Below, piece after piece: positions 50,337-63,334 of a stretch of 64,000 nt of DNA (positions are counted from its first letter, which is position 1; each line of letters begins with the position of its first letter). Where the stretch lies: NCBI GenBank assembly GCA_964234715.1, contig OZ174282.1; one strand, given 5' to 3'. A program made the translations under genes and the position numbers. A model generated the notes under the pieces. It worked only from the letters and a program-made list of their open reading frames with translations. It did not search any database and was not told where the DNA came from. Source of the stretch: Podarcis melisellensis (Eukaryota).

Positions 50337-53300
50337 TTATGTTCACAGCTATAGTTGTTCTGAAAGGAGCAGCATCCCATGAAGTTCCTCATTCCAAGTA
50401 TGTTTTCCGCAACCTTACAATCCAATTCTTCACATTTTTTTCAAGTTTCTCATCAGGGTCCTGTTAAGCACTCAACCCTTTCCTGATGGCTGAAAAGTTC
50501 CAGAGGCAACACTTCAGGGCTTCCTTTCCTTTACATGCAAAGCCCTGGTTGTATCTTTGATATCTGCTTTATTTATAGCTATGCAAACAGAGCTTACTGG
50601 AAGCAGATCAACACCAGGTTAGCCAATCCACTTGCCCTGCGTCAGAGATCTGCACCGAAAGCTTGACCTTCAGGCTTCAGCCAACTCCCAGCTCCAAACA
50701 CTTTCTTGGTCTCACTCTCCTAACTGGCTCCAAAGCAGAGTTTCTCTGCCCTGTTCCTCTTGGAGGGGTGGGCATGTTACAGGCCACAGTCCAGTGCTGG
50801 ACAGGAATTCCCAACTACCCTGGGCTTGGTTATACCTCTGACCAAGATGGACAAACTCAGAAGACCACTTTGAGGGTATTTACAACATTGCCTAGCCTTA
50901 TTTATTTATTTGCCTCTTCATTTTCTAGTTCCTTTCATCCTTACAATTCCCTCCCTCTCCAACTACAAAGTATATCAGAACCTAATGAACAAAGACAGAC
51001 AATCAATGTTAAATCCTCATTGCAACCAGGCTGTAAATGATATAGTAATAATAATAATAATACAGCTTATTTTAGCCAAATGTTCTAAAAGGCTTTGGGT
51101 ATTGGCTTTTCGTTAGCCAATATATTTTAAAATGTTATATACGGCCACCAGTGCACAAAAAAGTGTCCCTTTTCTTTAACCCTTGGTTATGTGAATCTTT
51201 TGCAACAGCTTTTCGGCCAGTGCTTTTTCCCAAATTTTGTGGTGCCATTTTGGAATATTCAGGCCCTTTAAACTCTTCCCCAAACCAGCAGATCCCTGCA
51301 GCTATCAGAAGAATTTTAATAAAGAAGTTATTTTAATAAAGGTTACAACTCCTGTAATGATGTTGAGCAATACTAACTCTGGAGTTTCAGCAACTATCCC
51401 CCACAAAGTAAAGTTTGATAGTTCTTTGAAAATCAAACCCTAGCATTGAGAAAGAAACCCTCAGCCTCTCCAACATAGTATTGTCCTTAGATGCATTAAT
51501 GCATGGGATTCTCAGAGCAAGATACCGTATTTGCAAGCTTTTCAATATCATTTCTCTGTACTTTGAGGTTGATTTATGGGGGAAGCTGTGCCTTTCTGCA
51601 GTGTCTGTTAATTTGGGGTTTCATACCTGCCTCTCTCCACCTTTAGCCACCACTTTTCTGTCAGTACATTTGGGGACTTTTCAGCTCAGAAAATTCAGAA
51701 AGCCATTAACCAAGAGTCATCAGCATTCATCTTGAGGTCTGCTGTTGATGCTAAGGCAGGAGTGACAGTGAAGGACATCTGATTTCACATTGATGTTGTG
51801 GGTGGAATGCAAAGATTTGTACCATCAGTGTACATTTGGTCTTGCAACAAGCTTACTCTGAAACCTCCTTTAGTAGGTGAGATATGTCAGATCGCCAACG
51901 TTTTCAGCTTATAAAGTTTTGTATGGGTTTTAATTTTTTAATATTATATTGCAAATCACACTGAGTTTATTTTCTGAAAAAGTGACTAATAAAAGCAGTA
52001 AATAAGTAAATAAATAAGTAAATAAATAAATAATTTAGGTTGTCCTTTCATTAAAATCACTATTGATTGTTTTCATGGGCTTCTCACATCTTGAGTCCCT
52101 TCTGCTAATTAAAAGTTATATAAGCATCCTGTTTTGAAACTATGTAAGTTAACTATGTAAGGACAGAGATGTGGTCCTCCAGATTTTGTTGGACTTGGGC
52201 TATGTGTTATGAATTGACACATTAAAAGAAGGATTTGCAGGCCAATTTTAGAGCCAACAAACCATCGGAAAAGAAAAAAAAGCATTGGATTTGCTCTAGT
52301 TACAGTGTATTTTCCAATGTTTGGAAGGAAGCTTTAGTTGATGACATCATGATGGGCTTTGCACCCACAAGAGCTGCCCAAGGGGCTTTTCAAGACCACC
52401 TGCTGTTGGCTAGTGTGCCAAGCAGGGTGCTGGACTCGATGGGCCTTTGATCTGATCCAGCTGCAGGGCTCTTTTTACAGTCTTAAATAGAAAGTAGGGA
52501 CCAAAAGTGGGGGAGCACATTACAAACACGATTGAGCACAGAATCATGTGGGTTTGTTCTTGCTAAGCTTCCAACATTCTTCCATCGTCATGGGAAAGTA
52601 AGAGAAACTCGTGGTTTTTCAATAGAGATTTTCCACTTGCATCTTAAATTAATTGTTCTGCCAATTCAGTAAGAGCCATTTGGCTTTCGGGCAATGCATT
52701 TGTTAATGATTTCGCTGCCTTTTTCATTAGCTACTTTTGCATTAGCAGCAAGAGGCATTTGTCCTTACAGCTTCCAGAATTATTTTCTTAACAGTAAGAA
52801 AGAGGATGTGGCTTATAGGAGAGCTCTTTGTTAGAATCACAATCCCCAAAATTGCAGGCAATAAGCTTCAGACAGCAGCGCTAGGTAGAAGCACCTTGTT
52901 TAGCAGAACATGTTTCACCCATAAGCCGTCTTCCTCACAGGCAAAAGCTTTCCTTGTGACTTATGCTGGTATACCCAGTTAAAACAGCTTATTCAAGTTT
53001 CCAGAGATTCTGTTTTCATGTGGTAAATTGCACGTGCAGATACAAGATTGCGGCGTGACTCTTTGGCTTCCTGTCTCTCGCACGCTCAGTATGACATTGA
53101 GGGTCATGATATTGTCTCATGTCTCTTGAAATCAGAGGCAGGGCTTTTAAGGAGAATTTTGAGCAGCACAGCAGTAGAGTGATTGCAGTGTTTGTGCCTC
53201 ACACACGCCACAACAACACACCTGTGCATTTTGCATGTGTGTGCACAACATACTCTTTCTCAGAGCCACTGTTTATGACATACAGTACAGAAGACATCAC

Positions 53301-53450
53301 TGAACAGCAGAACTGGGATTTGACAGCACTAATGCAGAAGCGTCTTGTGTTCAAGCTGTACACAGCAGGTGTCATGAACTCTAAGGAAACTTCATTTGGA
53401 GTCAAGGCTATAAGAAGAATGAAGAGCAAGAGAATGGACAATCCAGATGA

Positions 53451-53451
<1 letters not shown>

Positions 53452-53494
<43 letters not shown>
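53452..53494. repeat. (CA)n microsatellite
   Basis: Read directly; shorter (CA)n tracts at ~6217, ~36362, ~45564 and ~63826. Confidence 0.95.
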
Positions 53495-53501
<7 letters not shown>

Positions 53502-55439
53502 TCAGCATCCCTGTTTATATATATTTTGGCATCACCACCCTCACTGCATCATGGACAACTTCACACAACTTATCAGGAAAGCAGTCCCCATGCAGAATTA
53601 TTTCATGAATATTGGAAACATTGGTGAACACACTGTGGAAAGTCCATTGCTGGATCAAACACTGTGGAAAGTCGATTGCTGGACCAAACACTTTGGAGGC
53701 CCCTAGGCAGTCGAAATCTCCCTTGCAAATTATTTCCTAAGAAAGCTTGATTATAATTTTCTTTTCAAGATCAAATCAATATTATTTTGAACTGGTGTTG
53801 CAGGGCCCCTCAGCCAGTGTCCACTCTGCTTATTTGGTAATCTGGCACTGGAAAAGTAGCAGTGTAATCTGTGGGGAATGTCTTTGGCATGGGGAGGAAA
53901 AGGAGGACTGCTTGATCAGGGTTTAGGGTTCCAGGGAATAACTTCCATAACTTCCTTTTTTCATCAGCTAACATTATACGTGTTTTGTAGAGCTCAGATT
54001 TTGAACTGCACAAATGTTTCCCTTTCTAACTGTGCCTGGCCCTGGATCTGCCTGCTTTGGGTCTGGCTGGTGGACACAGCAGTTTCCGAGTCATTCCTCC
54101 TAAACCCATCCTAAACTCTGCTTGAAGGGCAGAGCCTAAGGTTTACAACATAACCTGTCCTCCTGCTCCTCCTAAGCTACCCTGCTTCCCACCAGTTTTG
54201 TGTTAAAGCAAAACTGAACTGCCATCCCAGTTAGCTTTTGCATAGAATTGTTTCGAGGGTCGGTGGATAAGTGGGCTCTTGCCCTTACATGCTCAGTAGC
54301 CATTTGCTCCCATCCAAGCTAACACTGCTCAGTGGTTGCTGAACTCCTTGCAACTTCCCTACTGATACTGTCAACCGTTCGGCTTCACACCCACCTGCCC
54401 AATTCAGCTCTCCTCCAGATATAGCTTGGGGTGATGATGATGATGATGCCATAGCAGAGGCACCAGGAGCGTCCCAGTCTTCCTAGCTGCTTCCTGAAGT
54501 CACGTCTCAAGTGGGCACAGCTGCACCGCTGCTAGGCCAGGAAGCCAGGGCAGGAGCCAAGTGTCTGCGACTGAAGCTCATTTCTCCTGACCTCTGGGTT
54601 AATGAATGCACACAAGGCAACAGAGGGAACCCTGTTCTCGAGGTGGACAAAGAGAAGCAGCCACTGGCAGCTGCCGGGGTAGTGTTTATTATGCAGCAAC
54701 TGAACACAAGTGGTAGAGGCGGCACGTATAAAACTTGTCGGCAGAAGACAGGAGCCAACCAGGGTGTGGTGTGTGCACAGCACAGGGGAGCAAGGTGCAA
54801 CCTGGCACCTGTTGCCTTAGTGGCTTTTGTGTGTGCGGAGCAAAAGCCACCAGCGAGAGCCATCAGGGATTGCTACCTAAGAGGACCCAAAACCAAGGCC
54901 TTCTCTACAGCAGGAAGATGCAGACCAAAGTGCCCCTGGTCTATGTGTGTGGAAGAACCTGCTTCCTTTTCAACAAGGAAGTGCATGTAGGGCAAGCATA
55001 CTTTGTTATTTTTATTATTAGATTTATTGCTACCCCTTCACCAGCAGGTCCCAGGGCAGGTGATTTAAAATGGAAACCAGCTAAAACAGATTACAGTCCC
55101 AGGAATAGTGTGGTTCCCCAAAAGACCTATCTCAGGCACCAGAGCCCAGACATCCACCCCATTCTTGGCCATCAGCATCACTGGTGGCTTTGCAGGAGAC
55201 ACACAAGGTGGGTGTGGAAGAGAATATTCCCTTTGGCATTATAATCTCCACAAAATGATTAACGCACAACAGATACCTAACTAAAATGGCAATTCTGGGA
55301 ACAAAATGGGAAAACCCAGAGCTACAGGCAGACATTATCCTATCGAAAACACAACTTTTAAAAAGAAATAGACACCACAGAAAATTGCTGAAAGCGCACT
55401 TGGAGGCAAAATGAGTTCCACGCTTCAAAACCTAAAGGT

Positions 55440-58400
55440 CAGCACAAATGTTGTGGTTTATTGGCAAGCTGTGAATGTTTTATTTTTTTGGTAGTTCTGA
55501 GCATTGAAAATTAATTGGCTTTTCAGTCTTTGCACTTAGGAGATGCACCAATATATTCGGCCCATCGAAGGCACGCTCCGAGAACAGCAGGCTGGCCCTC
55601 ATCCCCACAGCAAAGCTGGGGTTTCATTTTCTCTTGCTGTTTTAAAGTTTCGGGATTCAACCATGTCTGAAGTTCTACTTGTGACCCGGTGCCCCCCTTT
55701 TCTTCTTCTTTTTTTGCACATGACTCTGCTTTGCTCCCATCAATGTAAAAGCAGGAGACAGCTTGTTGTGGTTTTAGAATGGAGGGGCAAGAGAAATTCG
55801 GTTTGGATGAAGGGCAGGGCTGGGGGAGACTGCTTGGGTTCAGGCCACAACCCCCACCCCACTACCACAGAGATGTCAACACTCACAGCAGCAAGTTTTA
55901 CACCAGTGTATGCACAAAATTAGGCTCATTTTGCCAAGTCAGTCAACCTAGATATTGGATGACTTCTGCAACAACAATAGAGGAAGAGGGAAGAGTTGGG
56001 GCCAGGACCCCAAGTGAGGATCAGGAGGAAAAAAGCAGATGCTGCCAGGCCTGACCTGAACACGAGAACCTGGGTGCTCTTAAGAAAGGCAAAATGATGT
56101 GTCTTTTAAACAACAACTATTTGATGTGTTCTGGAGCTCACTTTTCTGGAAATAACATATTCAGGACAAATTGAGCTAGGCTTGAGCAAGGGGCTGAAGA
56201 GGGTCTCTCCAAGTAGGGGTGGTTTTGCTTTCTTCATGCAGACAGCCAGGTTTATATGTGGACTCCCACACACACACCCACAACCCCCCCCCCCAAATTA
56301 TGTGCAATTGCTTACGCTGCATCATTAATTCTGCTTCCAAAGCTCCAGGTTTTCAAAAATACATGTAATTATTATTAAAGAGAGAAATAGTGTAGCGATA
56401 AGAGGCTAAAAAGCCTATAGGAGGGCAGTGGGCAGGAACAGGGCCTGTGGGGCAACTCCTTGGCATGGGGGTTTCCCTTTTCAGAATCAAGGAGATTGTG
56501 TTCCTGTCATTGTAGAGAAGACTGAGGAGGGCAATCATGTTTTAAATACAAATGAGAAAGGGAGGGGGGGTGAGAGAGGATTCTCAGTCTGCTCAGCTTC
56601 AGAGATTCAGAGAACAGGAAGACAAGCCACAATATGGTGCTAATTTCAAGCATAAAAATATTAATATCTGTAAAGCTGAGATGAAAACACCTAGAGAAGC
56701 CTCAGAAAGGGAAAAGAGTCATTAAATTAGATCTCCAGTGATTAGGGAAGGGGTAGGGGGTTCTTTGCTCTTTGGTCCTCATTACCATTGACAGAAGCAG
56801 AATAAATGATCATACTAGCAGGCCCGCTTAATTTGTATAACATGTACAGGTTACAGAATCCTTCCTGTTTACAGTCCAAAGAAATACACCCCAAAATGCT
56901 ATGTGAAGGCACTTGGAAGTCACAGAAATCTATGTAAATCAATGCAACTTTGCTTCTTTTGCCTGTTGCGATGCAAGGCGGTTGGTAGTTGGAGGCAGAA
57001 ACTCTGAGGCAAGAGAGTGGCCAAAGAGGAAGGGGGGCAGGCTCCCCCTCAAACATTGGGGCTGCTTGGAAGTGCATCTTGAGAGACCAAGGGAACTATA
57101 GCTGAGTTGCAAGGAGTGGTTGCAGAGTCTCTTTGGAAAGAACAAAACCTGTTAGGACAGCAGCCCTAGTGCCCAACTGATCTCAACATAAATCTCTCAT
57201 GGCCTTGAGCCGAGTTCTGCAACCCTGCATAGGTTTAGTAAGGCCATCCTCCTTGCACCTCCCACTTTCAGGAAAATGCACACGTGCAATTTCCGTGGCC
57301 AATTTTTCAGGTGAACTGCCTGTGCGAATGTCTCATGCACTCAGTTCATGCAAGGTGAGTGTACATCTCCACCTTCCTTGGGAGAGAGGATATATTCCAT
57401 GGACAAACTGGTCCTCAGCCTTCCAAAGCCCAGGGGTTATCCTTACACCAGCTCAGGTCCCTCCTCTGAGGAGCTGAATCATCGCCTACTCCAAAGTGAT
57501 ACAGGGGGGCCTCAGAAATCAAGCCACATGGTCACTCCTCATTCACAGTTACAGCACAATACCCCCAACAGCCTCCAAGGCAGCCCAGGAACCCAAACCC
57601 CAGGGCTATGTCTGCATCAAGGCTATTCCACCCAGCAGAGTCTGCTTCCAAGATATGCAGCAAAGACCAGGGCAATGGGAACAAAGAGAAGTAGGAAATG
57701 CGGGGGGAGAGGTAGGTAAGGAGCAGTAGTCACATAGTGGGAAGGAGACAGTCACACAGACATGCACACACACAGGGCACCCAAACAGTCCCTTCTCCAA
57801 ATATCCCTGCGCAATCTCCTCACAGCAGTAGTAGCTCTGGCAATTACAGTAGAAAAGTTTCCCACGTTTTGCTCTGCAAATGAAGAGGCAGGGTGGGACG
57901 GGAAGCACCTTTGAAAATAAAAGTCAAGGTTTTCAGGATGTCGGTTACTGAGCCCAAGGGAGAACACATCTGCAGCTATCCATGGGCACACCAACCTGTC
58001 CAGGGCAGCCCATTGGCTAGGGATGGGGGGAGGACTCAGCAACTTGCCCTGGCAGGCAATGAAGTGTCTCTCCCACCCCCAAGGGGGCGGGGGGCATCAG
58101 GTCACAGTTTCTGGAGTACATGCACAGCAGGGGTGGCACAGACACAAATTGGGGAAGCAGGGCCCCCTCCTTCAGACCTGCAAACAGGCCTGGACTGCCA
58201 TGCGTGTATTAGGTAGACGAGGGGGGACGAGACCCACAGGTTAAGAGAAGGCCACATGCCGCACCCTTTCCAAAGGGCTGTCCGTCACTCGGGCAGGCCA
58301 ATCAAACAGGGGAGGTCAGTCACACATCCTCCACCTGCCCATGCCTGGGGGGAGGCGGGGTCTCCAAGGCTGAGGCACAAAGGTAGGGATGGGGGACCTT

Positions 58401-58599
58401 CCTGTGAAAAGACTCTGCTGGGAGCCATGGTCCAGACGAGCCCAGAGACTTCAAGAGCTTCTCCTCCAGAGATGCCCGGGGGAAGACAAGGCAGTTTCCC
58501 CACCTGTCCTGTGCTCCAAAGCTCTTGATGGAGCTTGGAGGTGGTGCGGAAGCAGCAGCAGCAGCAGCAGCAGTAGCAGCAGCCAGGTCAGCTGTGGCT
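55440..58599 (-). other. MMP15: Putative MMP15 3'UTR (~3.1 kb)
   Basis: Repeat-poor sequence from the stop codon to two tandem AATAAA signals on the minus strand; end point inferred. Confidence 0.5.
58551..58583 (-). repeat. (CTG)n repeat in the proximal MMP15 3'UTR
   Basis: 11 AGC-type units on the plus strand with one AGT interruption. Confidence 0.9.
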
Positions 58600-59120
58600 T
58601 CAGACCCAGTCCTGCAGGGAGCGCTTGCAGTAGAGCAGCATGCGTGGGGTGCCCTTCCGCTGCAGCTGCACAATGACGTAGACGAGGCCCAGGATGCAGA
58701 GCAGGAGCAGGAGCAGCAGCGTCACCATGATGATGCTCATGGTCAGGGGGTAATCGTTAATGTGCACCACGATGTCCACATCGCTGCCATGGCCAGGACC
58801 CTGCTCCCGGCCGCCTCCCACGCCATCACTATAATCGTCCTCCGCTTCGGTTTCCTTGTCCTTCTCTGCAGGGTGAGTGTCCACGACATTGTCTTCCTCA
58901 TCCACCACCACCTCCTCTTCCTTGTCCTGCCCCGGGCCATCGGGGCGGGAGGGGGGCTTGCTCACATCGGGCCACCTGCGACCAGGGTCGGGGTTTGTGG
59001 CCACCTCGTCGTGGCATCCCATGAAGTCCCGCAGGATCGACTTGGGGTACCCGGGTTCTGTTTTCAGCCGCTCATTGTCAAACTTCCAGTACATTCTGCC
59101 TTTGTAGAAGTAAGTGTAGG
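58600..59120 (-). CDS. MMP15: MMP15 last coding exon (YTYFYKG...acidic stalk, TM helix, cytoplasmic tail, stop)
   Basis: ttttccag acceptor; within ORF 58600..59175; TGA at 58600-58602. Confidence 0.95.
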
Positions 59121-59691
59121 CTGGAAAACAGGAGGTGGTAGGCACTGTTAGTTGGGGTCCCTTTCCATGGCTCACAGCTTTTTCATGTTCTCTTTTTGCC
59201 CAGGCTTTCTCTGACTCTTAAGATCTGCTTTATGTGTTTGCTTTTTCCGAATTCCTGCTTAATCCACTTTTATATTGACTTTATACGTATTTATATTACT
59301 CTCTAACCGGTTTTGTTTTTGTGATATATTGTTTATTTTTAGACTATAAAACCACCTAGAGATTTTTGAAATATTAAGTTGTATATAAAATGCTTTTAAA
59401 TGAATGAAAGAAAAAAATAAATAATGATATTCTAGTGTATTCTTAGCTGCTTGTATCATTAAGCATTGGCTTCCACTGTTACGAATTATTTGAAGCCCTT
59501 TGCGAACTAAATCACCGTATCATTCCCTGACTCTGGATTATCAATAAATATATTTAACCCTATTGGTCCTAATACAGATTCTTGCAGGACTTTACTATTC
59601 AGTTAGCTCCATGGTGAAAAAAACAATTCATTCATTCCTCAGCAGAGCGTTGCTGCTGTGATCATGCTTTACAGTCCACATGGGGGACATA

Positions 59692-59860
59692 CTGTATTTT
59701 TTGCACCACAACGCTCACTTTTTTCCTCCTAGAAAGTAAGGGAAAATGTCTGTGCGTGTTATGGAGGAAATGCCTACGGGTAGCATGCCTACGGATTTTC
59801 CTCCTCTAAAAACTATGTGCGTGTTATGGTCGGGTGCGTGTTATAGAGCGAAAAATATGG
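59692..59860. mobile_element. Tc1/mariner (Tc2-like) MITE
   Basis: TA-CTGTATTTTTTGCACCACAAC...GTTATAGAGCGAAAAATATGG-TA, imperfect TIRs with TA TSD. Confidence 0.72.
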
Positions 59861-60990
59861 TAATTCAAGCAGATGGGCCAGTAGCTCTCAAGAACTCCTT
59901 GGGTCATTTTTAAGGAGCTGGCTTTACATTGACTCAGTTCACACCTCATAGTAAACCACAGTTAAATCATGGAGTGTAGGGTAGCTTATTCCAACTTAGG
60001 GGGCCTGATCTGTGCCCTCTTTCTAAGCAAATTTTTCTAGCTTCCCAAAACTCCCAGTTTGGGCAATGGCAGCAAAAAGAAATAAAAAGTAATTTGGCTC
60101 ACCAAGGATACACCTGAGAGGACCTGTTCTTTTCCTTCTCTCAGGTTACACAAAGAGGAAAGAAGCCGCCCCGCCCCCGGCTTCGAACAAGGATCATGAG
60201 TTTTGTTTCACGCCCAACAAACCACAATCTGAAGCCAAGTTTTCTTCTTGATTAACTGGCCGTGGTTTCTCGGGAGCAGAAAAAACCACAATCCCTAATT
60301 GAAACATGATGTGAAGCCGGCGATGGTGTCTCGTTCCTCGCTCTGCGTGAGAGTAAGGAGGAGTGAAAGGCTCCTTCAGAGGCAAGACTTACTGGGTGAC
60401 CTGCAAATAGGGTTATCAACTATCCTCCCGTGGAGTAAGGAAGCAGACTTCAACAAGCTGCATATTGTTGCTACAAGACTGGCATTTCCACATTTGAATG
60501 CCAACTTGCTAGTTTTTAATTTAGCAGGTAGCTCTAAAAAGTTCTTTTATTTTAACAACATTTATATACTCCTTGACTGTAAGAAAACCTGAAAGTGGTT
60601 TACAAAAAAAGTTATTTTGCAGATCTCTTTCTTCTCCCCCCTTCCTCACAAAGGGTTTAGATGTGGGTCTCTTTTCAGCATCATCTTCAGCGCAGATGGA
60701 AGAACAAGCTTTGCTCTTCCCTGTAACATCTAATGCAAGGATCGCAAATCTGTAAAGGGCACCACAATTCCCATCACTCCCGAACATGAGCTGATGGGAA
60801 TTGTAGTCCCCGATGTCCTGTGACCTAATGCCCGTCTTTCTCCTCTCTGGTGTCCTGCTTCCAACAGCACTAACGAAATATTCATTATTAGCGTTCATAA
60901 CTTAAGCAACCTGCTCCTCAAGCTGCTACTCTGCTCACTATACCCAGAGTCCACATTTGTCTTGCCAGGTCAGAATCCTTTTCTACTTAC

Positions 60991-61106
60991 TGGCATCAGA
61001 ACTTAAGAAGGCTCCCTTGGGGGCATGAGGGATTCCGGCCCATACGCTGATCTTCCTTGGGTATCCTGGATCCACAGAATGGCTCTCCTCATCAAAGCGC
61101 CAGTAC
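60991..61106 (-). CDS. MMP15: MMP15 exon 9 (YWRFDEESHSVDPGYPRKISVWAGIPHAPKGAFLSSDA)
   Basis: gctag / A|gtaagt; 116 nt; hemopexin repeat. Confidence 0.94.
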
Positions 61107-61111
61107 CTAGC

Positions 61112-61175
61112 ATCATAGAATCATAGAGTTGGACCCCTGAGGATCATCTAGTCCAACCCCCCCCCTGCAATGCAG
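61112..61175 (-). mobile_element. CR1 extreme 3' end (5'-truncated) abutting the MMP15 exon 9 acceptor
   Basis: Minus strand GCATTGCAGGGG...GTTGGACTAGATGATCCTCAGGGGTCCAACTCTATGATTCTATGAT; (ATTCTATG)n is the CR1 tail. Confidence 0.8.
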
Positions 61176-61532
61176 AGATGTGAATCACTGGCCCTTCTTT
61201 CACCATTCACCGTCCATACTTCTTTATCAAGTGCTAGTCTTAAAGGGCAGGAGGGAAGCGTTGTCCCTGAATTGGGGACTTCTTTACAGACCCTGCCCAC
61301 ACCTTTGGTAAATGCCTCAGCCCCTGGGAAGGTTAGGAGGCAAAATTCTCGGGATTCTCCAGCCATCTGAAGATCCTGCCACCGAGTGCTATTAGAAAAA
61401 CTCACCAAGAATGCCTCCCTTGTTCTCTTATAATGACAACGGCGCTGGGCTGAGAGGTGCCGGAACTGAGTTCTGGTGAGTTCTGGCTGGGGAAAAAGCC
61501 CTGCTGCCGCTTTTCACATGCCAGCTACCCAC

Positions 61533-61683
61533 CTGTCCCCTCTGAAGAAGAAGGTGTGCCCTGTAGGCTCCCACCAGATGGCTGCGTCCATCTTGTCGTA
61601 AGGAATGCCCTGGCCGTAGCTGGTCAGGGGTTGCGGGTAACCCGCTTCCAAATTTGCCTCACGGAAAAGCCAGTACTGATCCC
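61533..61683 (-). CDS. MMP15: MMP15 exon 8 (DQYWLFREANLEAGYPQPLTSYGQGIPYDKMDAAIWWEPTGHTFFFRGD)
   Basis: ctccag / AG|gtgggt; 151 nt. Confidence 0.95.
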
Positions 61684-62405
61684 CTGGAGGAAGGGCAGAA
61701 AAGAAAATTAGGCAGAGGCTGGGCCATGAAGCACACAAGAAGCCTGTCTTTCTTGTGGGGAAACACCCCCCCACACACACCTCCATGCCCAATTCTATGG
61801 CACTTATCAAGTCCTGCCTATTTCACCTCAATAATATGTATGGGGCAGGATGGGGTGAGTGGGGCAGGTTGCTGGTTTCAGTGCTGAGTGCAGGCGTCTG
61901 TCTGTTTACGCTACTTTTTAATCCTGGTTTTTCACACTTGAAGTGCATATTGTTCGGACCAACCTGATTTCTGTGACTGTCAGTTGTTTCAAACTGTTTT
62001 TTAATAATGTGCTTTAATGCTGCCCTGGGACCTTAGGCTGAAGGGTGGGTGATTCATTATATGAATGATGATAATGGTAATACAGAGGGGGCCAGAACAC
62101 AACACTCAGCTTCCCCACCACCCTAAAGAGCACAGGAGGGAGTTTTAAGAACAGCTCTTTGGGCTGAACTCCAGGCCCTGAGGTAAAACACAACACATGG
62201 ACTTTCTGTGGGGTGACCATGAAACGCCCGCCATCCTTTTGCTGACCCCACAGCAAGGAGAAGAGAAAGGAGTCTGTCAGGAAAACCCACAGGGGCACTT
62301 TGGAGTGGGAAGGAGAGGGAGGGAAAGACACACAGAATATTTCTCCTGTCTCGACAGAAGACTCAGGAGACCATCTATGGGGCCTTTGCTTTAAACTTCT
62401 CTCAC

Positions 62406-62544
62406 CTCTAAAGAAGGCGAACCGCCCGTCTTGCCTCTCATATGCAGCATCGATGTTCCCAGGGAGGCCCCTCCAGAAGTGCCCAATGGGCATGGGGTAG
62501 TTGTCCAGCACCCGGTTATGACGAACCCGCCAAAACCAGCGACC
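62406..62544 (-). CDS. MMP15: MMP15 exon 7 ([46 protein letters not shown])
   Basis: ttatctag / G|gtgaga; 139 nt. Confidence 0.95.
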
Positions 62545-63087
62545 CTAGATAAAAAAACACAGGGAGCTGCTTAACACCAAGTCAGGCCCAGTGGCCCATC
62601 CAGCTCAGTACTGTCTAAAATGGCTGGCAGTGTCCATCCCCAAGGTTTCAGGCATATGGAAATGAGGAGCAGTGAACCTGGAACCTCTGGCATGCGAATC
62701 AAGTACTTTCTACAGCCTCCCCCCTGCCCTGGGGAAAGGAAGCTCAGGCCTGCTGATTCTGGTCCTAGGGCATGACACCCACACCCTTCTCCTATTCACA
62801 GGTTCGCCCACAGGTAGGTGCCACCCATCATCATGGCAAATAAGGCTCATATCCCACTGCTTGCTGCCCACTGCAAGAGCTCCAGGCCTAGGAGCTCCAG
62901 GCCTAGGACAAGAGGAGGGAAGGGGTCTAGGACACTTGAACAAGTCACAAAATCTGGAATTCGGGGCACAGTTATTCCTGAGCTCCCCTCAACACCCCAC
63001 TGCACAAGCCAGACTCTCATCTTGAAGCATCGCTCTGGTAACTGCGGAGAGAAACCATGGAGGCAGGACAGAGGAAGCTACAGGTAC

Positions 63088-63293
63088 CTTGAACACAAAC
63101 ATCTCCCCACGGAGCATCGTCACTGTATCAAAATCCCCGTCGCAGATGTTTGGGCCGTACTGGTCTGGGTTGCCTGGGCTGGGGGGCTGGTCTGGTTTGC
63201 CAGGAGGGGGTGGTCTAGGAGGCTTGGGACCTGGCTTTCTGGGTACCACAGTAGGGAGGGGTTTGGTGGGCTGAGGCTGTCCCCCTGGAGGAC
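63088..63293 (-). CDS. MMP15: MMP15 exon 6 (Pro-rich hinge ...[27 protein letters not shown])
   Basis: actcag / AAG|gtacct; 206 nt. Confidence 0.93.
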
Positions 63294-63334
63294 CTGAGTT
63301 GGTGGGGCAGGAGGAAGAAAAGAGGGAGAGGGTT

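Noticed and set aside
53630-53697. CRISPR-like array
   Set aside because: Head-to-tail repeats without spacers, in a vertebrate genome
44500-55400. Hidden protein-coding gene between CFAP20 and MMP15 (e.g. ORFs 53119..53706, 54511..54990, 54735..55244)
   Set aside because: No recognisable homology, no consistent exon chain and no CpG promoter; ORF 53119 runs through a (CA)n tract. A lncRNA cannot be excluded
58525-59151. 208-aa plus-strand ORF with poly-Ala
   Set aside because: Antisense shadow of the MMP15 last exon and its CTG repeat
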